A stretch of 64,000 nt of DNA, taken from positions 9,601-73,600 of the forward strand of contig JACPTI010000064.1 of assembly GCA_016192845.1 (NCBI GenBank). The letters are read 5' to 3'. Made by a program: the position numbers and the translations under genes. Below the pieces are notes generated by a model. It was not told where the DNA came from. It was given only the letters and a program-made list of their open reading frames with translations, and did not search any database. Positions 1 through 7,779 of the stretch are shown one piece after another. Origin of the DNA: Acidobacteriota bacterium. Lineage in GTDB: Bacteria > Acidobacteriota > Vicinamibacteria > Vicinamibacterales > UBA2999. The first letter of the stretch is position 1. Every line of letters begins with the position of its first letter.

Positions 1-1
1 C

Positions 2-133
2 AAGATCGACTACATCGGCTTCGAAATCGAGGACCGGTTCGTCGTCGGCTATGGGCTCGACTACGCGGAGGAGTACCGGAACCTCCCGTACATCGCCGTC
101 CTGGACGGTCCGGCGGAGAGCCGCGCAGGCTGA
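2..133 (+). CDS. hpt: Hypoxanthine phosphoribosyltransferase, C-terminal fragment (5' end outside window)
   Basis: Frame from base 2 reads [34 protein letters not shown], the HPRT C-terminal signature; TGA at 131-133. Confidence 0.93.
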   Translation, partial: KIDYIGFEIEDRFVVGYGLDYAEEYRNLPYIAVLDGPAESRAG

Positions 134-143
134 AGCCTGCGCG
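122..143. repeat. REP-like palindrome overlapping the hpt stop (CGCGCAGGC-TGAA-GCCTGCGCG)
   Basis: 9-bp perfect inverted repeat between convergent genes; GGCTGAAGCC core resembles the copies at 48869 and 57391. Confidence 0.6.
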
Positions 144-147
144 ACCG

Positions 148-1548
148 TTAATTCACTGCCGCGCGCACCTTCACCGCCCACGCGCGCGCCTCGGCGAGCA
201 CCGCCGCCTCGTCGAGCGTCAGCACCCGGCGATCGCGCATCAGCACCCGCCCGTTGACGATCGTCGTCCGGACGTCGTCGCCGCGCGTCGTGTAGACCAG
301 GTGCGACACGGGATCGTACATGGGCGTCTGGCGGGCGGCCGTCATGCCGACGATGATGACGTCGGCGCGTTTGCCGGGCTCGAGCGAGCCGATCTGCGAC
401 GCCATGCCGAGCGCCCGGGCGCCGCCGATCGTCGCCAGCTCGAGGGCGGCCGCCGCCCCGAGCGCCCGCGGGTCGCCGGTCCGCACCTTCTGCAGCAGCG
501 ACGCCACGCGCATCGCTTCGAACATGTCGAGGTCGTTGTTGCTCGCGGCACCGTCGGTCCCGAGCCCGATCGCCACCTCCGCGGCGCGGTAGCTCGTCAC
601 GGGCGCCGTGCCGCTCGCGAGCTTCATGTTGCTCTCCGGGTTGTGCGAGACGCCGACCTCGCGCTTCCGAAGCAGCGCGATCTCGGCATCCGACACCCAG
701 ACCGCATGGGCCGCCAGCACGCCCGGACCGAGGAAGCCGAGGCGCTCGAGGTAGTTCACAGGCGACGCCTTGAAACGCTCCTGCGCGGTGTTCAGCTCGT
801 CGCTCGTTTCGGCCAGATGAATCAGCGTCGGCACGCCGTGGCGGCGGGCCAGTGTGCGCGCCGCCATGAGCGTCGGCCCGTCGAGCGTGTAGATCGCATG
901 GGGCGCCACGGCCGGGGTGATGAGCGCGTCCCCCTTGAAGGCCGTGATCAACGCCTCGGCTCGGGCCAGCGCGTCGGCCGGCGTCTTCGCATCCGCCACC
1001 GGAAACTGGATGATCGTCTGCCCGAGCACGCCGCGCAGCCCCGCCGCCTTCGTTTCGCGGGCGATCTCCTCTTCGAAGTAATACATGTCGGCGTACGTGG
1101 TCGTGCCGGACTGAATCATCTCGAGCGCGGCGAGCCGGGTGCCGGCGCGCACGAAGTCGGGCGAGACCGTCTTCGCCTCGGCCGGGAAGATGTACTTCGT
1201 GAGCCACTCCATCAGCGCGAGGTCGTCCGCCAGCCCGCGATACAGCACCATCGGCGCATGCGTGTGAGTGTTCACCAGCCCGGGCAGCACCACCTGTCCG
1301 GCGGCATCGATCGTCTCGGCGCCGCGGAACCGACGCTCGACGACGTCCGCCGCGTCGACCGCGACGATACCGGGGCCGTCGATCGCCACCGCGCCGTCCG
1401 CAATCACACGCCGGCTGCCGTCCATCGTCACGACCGTGCCGTTGGTGATCACGATCGAGACCTGCCGCTGCCCCGTCTGCGTGGAGACCACGGCAAGGGC
1501 GACGAGGCCACCGAGCAGCGCCGCCACGATCGCAAACCGTGCCTTCAT
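148..1548 (-). CDS. Metal-dependent amidohydrolase (MtaD/SAH-deaminase-like) with N-terminal hydrophobic segment
   Basis: PGLVNTHTH, IHLAET, AHAVWV, HNPESNMKLASG and GLGTDG motifs; lies between hpt and upp. Confidence 0.85.
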   Translation of the reverse strand: MKARFAIVAALLGGLVALAVVSTQTGQRQVSIVITNGTVVTMDGSRRVIADGAVAIDGPGIVAVDAADVVERRFRGAETIDAAGQVVLPGLVNTHTHAPMVLYRGLADDLALMEWLTKYIFPAEAKTVSPDFVRAGTRLAALEMIQSGTTTYADMYYFEEEIARETKAAGLRGVLGQTIIQFPVADAKTPADALARAEALITAFKGDALITPAVAPHAIYTLDGPTLMAARTLARRHGVPTLIHLAETSDELNTAQERFKASPVNYLERLGFLGPGVLAAHAVWVSDAEIALLRKREVGVSHNPESNMKLASGTAPVTSYRAAEVAIGLGTDGAASNNDLDMFEAMRVASLLQKVRTGDPRALGAAAALELATIGGARALGMASQIGSLEPGKRADVIIVGMTAARQTPMYDPVSHLVYTTRGDDVRTTIVNGRVLMRDRRVLTLDEAAVLAEARAWAVKVRAAVN

Positions 1549-1564
1549 GGGCGCATCTTACCCG

Positions 1565-1599
1565 CGTTTCCCGCTTCACGGCTTCGGCGGGGCAGGCCC
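1565..1599. repeat. REP-like element, homologous to an in-frame segment of ybeY (62336-62376)
   Basis: Reverse complement shares 20 identical nt (GGGCCTGCCCCGCCGAAGCC) plus GCGGGAAACG with the ybeY segment. Confidence 0.7.
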
Positions 1600-1690
1600 G
1601 TCGCACTCCGCGCCGTCGGACCGTCGGACGCACCGTCGCACCGTCGCACCCTCGCACCCTCGCACCCTCGCACCATCGCACCGTCGCACT
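1598..1690. repeat. Intergenic imperfect 8-mer tandem repeat (CCGTCGCA/CCCTCGCA/CCGTCGGA)
   Basis: About ten degenerate units directly visible upstream of upp. Confidence 0.8.
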
Positions 1691-1702
1691 ATGATTAGTG
1701 TC

Positions 1703-2326
1703 GTGCCCGTTCACCTGGTCAACCATCCGCTCGTCCACGACGCGCTCATCGAGCTGCGCGACGTGCGGACGGCGCCGCCCGCGTTCCGCCGCGCGGCGAA
1801 CCGGATCAGCGTGCTGCTCGCGGCCGAGGCGCTGCGCGACGTGCCGACGGCGCCCGCGCGCGTCACGACGCCGCTCGGGCCGGCTGAAGGCCTGGTGGTG
1901 CGCGGCGATGTCGTCGTCGTGCCGGTGCTCCGGGCAGGCCTCGGGATGCTGGATGCGGTGCTGGAACTGCTGCCGGCGGCGCGCGTCGGCCACATCGGGC
2001 TCCAGCGCGACGAGGCGACGGCGATCGCGTCGCGGTACTACTCGAAGCTGCCGCCGAAGGTGGCCGACAGCTACGTGCTCATGATCGATCCGATGCTGGC
2101 GACGGGTGGCAGCGCGGTCGCCGCGATCGATTTACTCAAGCAGGCGGGCGCGCGCGTCATCCGGATGATCTGCATCGTCGCGGCGCCGGAAGGGGTCGCG
2201 CTCGTCGACCGCCAGCATCCCGAGATCGCCATCTACACGCCCGTCGTCGACCGCCACCTCGACGCCCAGAAGTACATCGTCCCCGGTCTGGGCGATTTTG
2301 GCGATCGGCTGTACGGGACGGAGTAA
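1703..2326 (+). CDS. upp: Uracil phosphoribosyltransferase
   Basis: VPVLRAG, DPMLATGGS, IVPGLGDFGDRLYG; GTG start at 1703 preferred (MPVHLVNHPL), ATG 1691 is the alternative. Confidence 0.97.
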   Translation: MPVHLVNHPLVHDALIELRDVRTAPPAFRRAANRISVLLAAEALRDVPTAPARVTTPLGPAEGLVVRGDVVVVPVLRAGLGMLDAVLELLPAARVGHIGLQRDEATAIASRYYSKLPPKVADSYVLMIDPMLATGGSAVAAIDLLKQAGARVIRMICIVAAPEGVALVDRQHPEIAIYTPVVDRHLDAQKYIVPGLGDFGDRLYGTE

Positions 2327-2328
2327 GA

Positions 2329-2357
2329 CGTACGGAGCGGCCGGCTTCGGCCGGGCC
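2329..2357. repeat. Degenerate REP hairpin (CCGGC-TTCG-GCCGG) just after upp
   Basis: 23/29 nt identical to the recO-embedded copy at 57387-57415. Confidence 0.65.
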
Positions 2358-2517
2358 CGCGTTCGTGTACGCAGAATCTGCCATCGAAATCGCCCGCCCC
2401 GATTGAAGAATCTGCGCGCCAACGCGACCATCCGCGTGGATTCCCGAGAGATCTCACCTATGGCGCAGCCCGGCCCGATCCTTGCTACGGACGATGGTAG
2501 GATTGCGATCTTCCCTG

Positions 2518-2979
2518 ATGGATTACCTCACGAAAGAGGACCTTCGTGCCGCGATCGCGCCACTTCCGACGCGCGAGGAGATGAATGCCGCGATCGCCCT
2601 CCTTGCGACGCGCGAGGAGATGAATGCCGCGATCGCCCTCCTTGCGACGCGCGAGGAGATGAATGCCGCGATCGCCCCGCTTGCAACGCGCGAGGAGATG
2701 AATGCCGCGATCGCCGCCGCGATCGCGCCGCTCGCGACGCGCGAGGAAATGTACGGCGCCCTCGCTCGATACGCGACTCGGGAGGAGATGCGTGAGGAGG
2801 GTGAACGGACGCGGCGGCACATGGACGTCCTCGTCGAGAGCCTTCGTGACGACATCAGGCTCCTGGCCGAGGGTCAGGTCGCGCTTCATCATCGCATCGA
2901 GGACGTGCGCATGGAACTCAAAGCCGACATCGCGGCGCTCGACCGCCGTCTATCGCGCCTCGAAGCGAGGCGAGCCTGA
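2518..2979 (+). CDS. Coiled-coil protein with tandem 13-aa repeats (LATREEMNAAIA), alpha/beta coiled-coil-like
   Basis: 39-bp near-perfect tandem units from 2566; LATREEM resembles the LATKxDL beta-layer consensus; heptad-like C-terminus. Confidence 0.75.
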   Translation: MDYLTKEDLRAAIAPLPTREEMNAAIALLATREEMNAAIALLATREEMNAAIAPLATREEMNAAIAAAIAPLATREEMYGALARYATREEMREEGERTRRHMDVLVESLRDDIRLLAEGQVALHHRIEDVRMELKADIAALDRRLSRLEARRA

Positions 2980-3045
2980 CCCTTCGACTAGCAGTGTCGA
3001 GGGGCGACAGGCTCGCTCCAGGCCTCCGAGAACCCAAGATCTCTG

Positions 3046-3981
3046 TTATCGCGACGCGCCCGTCGCGGCAGCCGACGTCGTCACCTGGCGCGGCGCGATC
3101 CCGTGCTTGGTGAGGAAGGCCCGCATGGCCTCGACCGCGCGCAACTGATCTGGACGCGGGAAGTTCCCGTGCAGCCCTTTGGGCACCGTGTGGAGCTCGC
3201 TCGTCGTGCCCGCCTGCTGCAGCGCCGCGTGCAGTCGCGTGGCGTGCGCGTACGGCACCGTCGGATCCGCGTCGCCGTGAATCGTCAGAATCGGCGGCAG
3301 ATCCCTGCGGACGTAGGTGAGCGGCGACACGCGCCTGGCGGCCTCGGCGCGGTCGGGACGGCTGCCGAGCCATTCCACCGCGTAGGAGCGGGTGTTCGCG
3401 CCGTCGATCAGATCGGCCACGTCCGTGATGCCATACCAGTTGACGACCGCGGCGACCCGCAGCGGCTCCGTGCCGGGGCACTGGCGGTCGAGGCCGGCGG
3501 AGGCCGGAATCATTGCCGTCGTGAGCGCCAGATGGCCACCGGCGGAGTAGCCGGTCGTGACGATCCGGTTCACGTCGAAGTTGTACTCCTTGGCGTTCCG
3601 GATCACCCACCGCAGGGCGCAGAGGCAGTCCTCGACGGCCGCCGGCGCCGGGGAGACGCGCCCCAGCCGGTACGACACGTTGACGACGGCGAACCCCATT
3701 TCGACGAGCGGCAGCGCGCGGAGCAGGACGCCCTCGCGGCTGCCGCCCACCCAGCCGCCGCCGTGGAACTGCAGCACGGTCGGATGCGGGCCGCCGGACC
3801 GCGGCACGTACACATCGAGCTTGGCTTCCCAGTTGTTGGCCGTGAGGTAGGTGATGTTGGTCGCCACTCGCAGGTCGTTGGCGAGCCAGGCGGTCCACTC
3901 GGCAAGCGGCGTCTGGGCCCGGGCCGGCGCGCCGGCGCAGCACAGCACGAGCGCTGTCAGGGCAATGAGGCGGCGTGTCAT
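3046..3981 (-). CDS. Secreted alpha/beta hydrolase (esterase/lipase, HGGG type)
   Basis: Signal peptide, HGGGW, GYSAGG nucleophile elbow, HGDADPTV, GLHG; SD (CAGGAG) upstream. Confidence 0.9.
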   Translation of the reverse strand: MTRRLIALTALVLCCAGAPARAQTPLAEWTAWLANDLRVATNITYLTANNWEAKLDVYVPRSGGPHPTVLQFHGGGWVGGSREGVLLRALPLVEMGFAVVNVSYRLGRVSPAPAAVEDCLCALRWVIRNAKEYNFDVNRIVTTGYSAGGHLALTTAMIPASAGLDRQCPGTEPLRVAAVVNWYGITDVADLIDGANTRSYAVEWLGSRPDRAEAARRVSPLTYVRRDLPPILTIHGDADPTVPYAHATRLHAALQQAGTTSELHTVPKGLHGNFPRPDQLRAVEAMRAFLTKHGIAPRQVTTSAAATGASR

Positions 3982-4008
3982 GGTTCAGCTCCTGTCATCA
4001 GTGGCGTG

Positions 4009-4043
4009 AGTATACCCGGAGGCCGACACCGGCATGCTAGACT
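4009..4043. promoter_or_regulatory. Divergent -10 elements: TATACT (minus, 4009-4014) for the hydrolase and extended TGcTAGACT (plus, 4035-4043) for the tRNA
   Basis: Sigma70-like hexamers at suitable distances from ATG 3981 and tRNA start 4055. Confidence 0.5.
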
Positions 4044-4054
4044 GAACTGCTCCG

Positions 4055-4131
4055 GGACGCGTAGCTCAGTTGGTTAGAGCACCCCGTTCACACCGGGGAG
4101 GTCACTGGTTCGAGTCCAGTCGCGTCCACCA
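4055..4131 (+). tRNA. tRNA-Val(CAC), CCA encoded
   Basis: Full cloverleaf: GGACGCG/CGCGTCC acceptor, GCTC/GAGC D-stem, CCCCG-TTCACAC-CGGGG anticodon arm, ACTGG-TTCGAGT-CCAGT T-arm. Confidence 0.98.
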
Positions 4132-4231
4132 CCTCCAACCTTTTGACCCCCAGTGACTTGCGATCCGACTGCAAATCGCTGATCGAACCAATCGGACCGC
4201 CTCCCGCCACACGTCGCTTGAAGATGAACGG

Positions 4232-4250
4232 TCGACGATGTCATCGTCGA
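4232..4250. promoter_or_regulatory. 19-bp palindrome TCGACGATG-T-CATCGTCGA, candidate operator
   Basis: Perfect 9-bp arms ending 20 nt before ATG 4270. Confidence 0.4.
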
Positions 4251-4269
4251 TGGTGGCGCGGCAACACAA

Positions 4270-4587
4270 ATGACCGACGATTCTCCCGTGATTCGGAGAG
4301 GACCCCTCAAAGGGAAGCGCGTCGAATGTGCCTCGATGAGCGGCATCGACGCGTTCCAGGAGCTTGCCGAAGACTTTATGCTCGACATCTTCGGCTTCGA
4401 GCCCGGCGAATATCTGATTACGGATCTCTCGAGCTTGCGTGATTTCGTCGGAGTCGACGACATGGAAGTGGTGGACATGCTGGCGAGAATCAGGGAGGTT
4501 TATGGACTGGATGTCGCCGACCTTCCGAATGGAAACCTGCTCGAAATCTTCCGGAGATTGGATAAACACCGAGCCGATCAACAGTGA
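4270..4587 (+). CDS. Small acidic hypothetical protein
   Basis: 105-aa ORF; its TGA overlaps the GTG of the next ORF (GTGA at 4584-4587). Confidence 0.7.
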   Translation: MTDDSPVIRRGPLKGKRVECASMSGIDAFQELAEDFMLDIFGFEPGEYLITDLSSLRDFVGVDDMEVVDMLARIREVYGLDVADLPNGNLLEIFRRLDKHRADQQ

Positions 4588-4937
4588 CTCCCGAGGACAC
4601 GACGAAGGCCGGCGAGGTGTTCGTACGGTTCTCGGGCTACGAGAACGACAACCGCGTGCGAGACGACGGAAGCCTTCGACCTGGGACCTACGCAACGACA
4701 GAGGAAGACGCGAAAAACGTCAAAACGGGAAAGGACGCAGTGGCCCGGTATGCTATGCCGAATCCTCAACCAGCGTCTTACCGCTTCACAATCAGGCCGG
4801 AGAGGGATACGGTTATTCAGAAGGGGATCGTCGAACCGGCGTTCGACCAGCCTGGCGGTGGCGTCGAAGTTATCTTCAAGAATGGGACGACGCCGAAGAC
4901 CGTGACGTTGCCGCCTGACAAGATCCCGGACGAGTGA
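4584..4937 (+). CDS. Stand-alone toxin-like domain, TNT/ADP-ribosyltransferase (NAD+-using) fold predicted
   Basis: VRFSG, GTYAT, ARYAMP..P..Y and GIVEPAFDQPGGGVEV resemble the TNT-family G.iaPwFgQPGGGxQ core; no signal peptide or carrier domain. Confidence 0.6.
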   Translation: MTPEDTTKAGEVFVRFSGYENDNRVRDDGSLRPGTYATTEEDAKNVKTGKDAVARYAMPNPQPASYRFTIRPERDTVIQKGIVEPAFDQPGGGVEVIFKNGTTPKTVTLPPDKIPDE

Positions 4938-4941
4938 GCAG

Positions 4942-5145
4942 ATGAGAATCAAACTCGATCGATGCTGGACTGAGCGACTGTTGGACTTACCCGAATCCGG
5001 GATGGGTTATCAGCGCGTCGACGTTCGCTTGGCCGATGGTCGGGTGTTGCGTGACGTCCTCGTGTTCAATGCTGAGGAACTGGAACTCCCCGACGAAGTC
5101 GCACCAGCCGCTATCGCGGACGTCCGCCTCCACGCGGCTTCCTAG
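4942..5145 (+). CDS. Small beta-rich protein, candidate immunity/antitoxin
   Basis: 67 aa, starts 4 nt after the toxin-like ORF stop; LPESGMGYQRVDVRLADG. Confidence 0.6.
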   Translation: MRIKLDRCWTERLLDLPESGMGYQRVDVRLADGRVLRDVLVFNAEELELPDEVAPAAIADVRLHAAS

Positions 5146-5155
5146 CGTTGCCAAC

Positions 5156-5245
5156 GGCCGCGGTAGCTCAAGCTACTCTCGAGAGCGCTCAACTGCCTGA
5201 GCCAAGCGACAATTTGGTTCCAACTGGCGCCAGTTAGGGCCACCA
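5156..5245 (+). pseudogene. Degenerate tRNA-like relic
   Basis: GGCCGCGGTAGCTCA...GAGAGC...TGGTTC...CCAGT...CCACCA echoes the 5', D, T and 3' landmarks of the tRNA at 4055; no canonical anticodon arm. Confidence 0.35.
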
Positions 5246-5287
5246 ACCTCCGCTCACGCTTGCCAACGGAAGCGTGAGCTGCGGTTG
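5243..5287. repeat. Long imperfect hairpin (GCTCACGCTT/AAGCGTGAGC core, CAACC/GGTTG outer arms)
   Basis: 10-bp perfect stem at 5252-5261/5270-5279. Confidence 0.65.
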
Positions 5288-5706
5288 ACAAGCCACGCGG
5301 AGGTTGTCCACCGTTGGGCGAAGCGCGAAGGAGCCAGACTGAGCCTAATCGCTACTACGCGGGGCTGACATCGGACGTCTCGGCGAGATTTGCAGCCCAT
5401 AATGCCGGCTGTTGCTCGCACACGGCAACCGGCCGACCCTGGAGCATCGACATCGTTGTGGAGTTCGCCAACGACGAACGCGCGTGAACGGATGGAGCGT
5501 CATCGACCGCGCGGCGCCCTGCCGGACGAGATCGGCGATTGCGGCTTTCACTGCCTGGGGCGCGGCGTCTCGCCGCTGCCCGCGGACGCGATCGAACAGG
5601 TGCTCGAACGCTCCCTTTGCGGCGCTCGACGTCCGCTCGACCTCACGACACGCCGCGATGACGAGGACCGGCAGCGCCGCCAGCCTCGCGCGTCAACGGC
5701 AGCCAC

Positions 5707-6375
5707 TCATCGCACCGCTTGTCCGTTGATGATCGTGTAGTGGTACGTCATCGAAAACGACGACGCACCGGCAAGGCGCACTTGCGCCTCGGATACCATC
5801 TCGACCGGCACGCGGACGCCGCCGATCCGCTCGTAGCGTCGGATGATGTCGACGCGCGTCGTCCACGACGATGGCGGCTCCGACGGGCGTCCCTCGACCC
5901 TGACGACGTCGCCGTTGTCCTGCCGTACAACAACCAGCCCTTCGAGCAGCATCGGACTTCGCCGGCGTGGGATCAGGCGGATGTTCACCAGGCCGTCCGA
6001 CGCAGGTCCGGCCACGTCGAAGTCATAGTTAGCCGGCGTGAGGGCCACCTCCGCCATCACCCGCGGATCCCGGCTGCGCCGCTCCGTCTCCAGCGCGGCA
6101 ATGAGCACGTGTTCCAGGAGCAGCCTCGATCCGTCTCCCCGAATCACATCGAATCGAAACGTGCCGTCGCGATCGAGGTACGTCCATACTTCCAGCCGCG
6201 CACGCAGCCGCCCGCCCATCGTGGAGGCGGTCAACACGCGGCGCGCCGCACAACTGGTCAACTCGGGGCGTCCGGAGCGCAGGAACTGCTCGATCAGTGC
6301 GTCATCGATCTTTGAAGCGCCCGCGGCAACCGCGGACGCGAGGCAGACGATGGCGAGAATGGCGACGAGCTTCAT
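5707..6375 (-). CDS. Exported hypothetical protein, LolA/MucB-like beta-rich fold suspected
   Basis: Signal peptide MKLVAILAIVCLASAVAAG; ATGA coupling with the DedA gene; amphipathic beta-strand pattern. Confidence 0.7.
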   Translation of the reverse strand: MKLVAILAIVCLASAVAAGASKIDDALIEQFLRSGRPELTSCAARRVLTASTMGGRLRARLEVWTYLDRDGTFRFDVIRGDGSRLLLEHVLIAALETERRSRDPRVMAEVALTPANYDFDVAGPASDGLVNIRLIPRRRSPMLLEGLVVVRQDNGDVVRVEGRPSEPPSSWTTRVDIIRRYERIGGVRVPVEMVSEAQVRLAGASSFSMTYHYTIINGQAVR

Positions 6376-6827
6376 AATCCTCTCCACGCAAGGTGCGGAA
6401 TGAATGCCACCGCACCGAAATGAATCAACCGGCCCAGCATGCCGACCGCCACGAATCGGCCGAATGCGACGTTGAGGGCCCCTGCCGCCATTGCAACCAC
6501 GTAGAACGGAGGGATGCCGACGGACGCGCTGACGAAGGTCACGCCGAGCCCGGATGCCGGGCAGCGCGACAGCCGCTCGCGCCAGCGGTCGACAACCTGT
6601 TCCAGTCGGAATCTCGATCGCGTCGTGCGTCGCCCGACCCAGTACATCGCCGCCTTGCCGGTCATCTGACCGGCCGCCACGACGGCGACGAGCGCGCCAA
6701 GCTCGACGGGTGATCCGGCCAGCGGGATGGCCGAGAGCATGACGAGCTCACCATTCACCCACGGCAGCACGGCGCTACAGGCGGCGAGCGCGTAGTACCC
6801 GGCGGCCAGCCACCAGATGTCCAGCAT
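6372..6827 (-). CDS. DedA/VTT-family membrane protein
   Basis: GQMTGK..MYWVGR and VS..G.PPFY....AAG.....F.RF....GR pattern; several TM helices. Confidence 0.75.
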   Translation of the reverse strand: MLDIWWLAAGYYALAACSAVLPWVNGELVMLSAIPLAGSPVELGALVAVVAAGQMTGKAAMYWVGRRTTRSRFRLEQVVDRWRERLSRCPASGLGVTFVSASVGIPPFYVVAMAAGALNVAFGRFVAVGMLGRLIHFGAVAFIPHLAWRGL

Positions 6828-6834
6828 GATGCAC

Positions 6835-7623
6835 CTACCAGGTCACGTGGCTGCTGAGCAGCACGTACAGGAGCCATGTCAGGGCATAGGGCGTCAGGAA
6901 CAGACGCCGCCGCGCCACCCACTCGGTGAACGGGCCCGTCATCGATCGGAACTTGCCCGGCGCGTACTCGCGGACGACGATCTTGAACAACAGCTCCAGG
7001 AACATCCGCATGCTGCCGATGGCGGCGAGCAGCAGGAACACGTCGTCGGCCGTGTGGCCCGATGCGATCACGCCGCCGAGCGCGCCGAAGGTGGGACTCT
7101 TCGCGAACTTGGGCCACGAAAACCCTTCGATGCTGCCGTCCTTGTAGCCGCCGGCAATCGCCTCCGCGATCCCGATGCTGAGCCCGACGACGAGACCGTG
7201 CAGGGCGCGGGGCCAGGAGTCGGAGACGAGCGTGCCGAGCGCGCCAATGCCGAAAATCGACGCGAGAAACCCGAATCCCAGCGCCAGCCGCAGCACCGGA
7301 TTGTGAACGACGCCCGTCATCCAGTGAATCTGCGTGGGTATCCGAAACTCCCCCTGCGGCTCGACACGGACGAACAGCTTCCAGAACTCCGTTGCAATGC
7401 GCGTGAGCGCGAACACCGCCAGATACAGCACGAACGCGCTCTGTGTGGTCGTCGGCGAATACACCCACGGCAGCGCGAATGCGATCGTCACGGCGACGGC
7501 AATCTCACGGACGAAGCGGCGCATCAGAAACGATTCGTGCGGGCTGTCCTTGTAGGCGCCGTACAAAGCGCCGTGGAGCCCGGCGGCAAGTCCAAGAGCG
7601 ATCATCGTGGCAAGCGTTATCAT
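6835..7623 (-). CDS. Multi-pass membrane protein with internal duplication (GAYKDS..ESF..RRF / GGYKDG..EGF..PKF)
   Basis: 262 aa, strong SD (AAGGAGG), about 7-8 hydrophobic segments; decayed paralog at about 13300-13800. Confidence 0.8.
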   Translation of the reverse strand: MITLATMIALGLAAGLHGALYGAYKDSPHESFLMRRFVREIAVAVTIAFALPWVYSPTTTQSAFVLYLAVFALTRIATEFWKLFVRVEPQGEFRIPTQIHWMTGVVHNPVLRLALGFGFLASIFGIGALGTLVSDSWPRALHGLVVGLSIGIAEAIAGGYKDGSIEGFSWPKFAKSPTFGALGGVIASGHTADDVFLLLAAIGSMRMFLELLFKIVVREYAPGKFRSMTGPFTEWVARRRLFLTPYALTWLLYVLLSSHVTW

Positions 7624-7779
7624 CCGGCCTCCTTCTCCACCCTGAAATGCGCCAACAGCGGCGCAATCGGCTCACAACGGGGAGACCGGTGGGAGGGGCA
7701 GACCGCTCGCCGGATCGGTTGCGTTGAATTGGATGTGGAACCGGTGAGCGCAGCTACAACAGCCGCGCGGTGTGTCGAG

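Noticed and set aside
2566-2760. 39-bp direct repeats resembling a CRISPR array
   Set aside because: Units are contiguous with no unique spacers, keep the reading frame, and no cas genes are present
5345-5706. Possible lipoprotein gene continuing the envelope operon (MSGCR*RARLAALPVLVIAAC...)
   Set aside because: ATG overlaps the upstream stop and a lipobox-like stretch follows, but a TGA interrupts codon 6 and the rest is not protein-like; too weak to call
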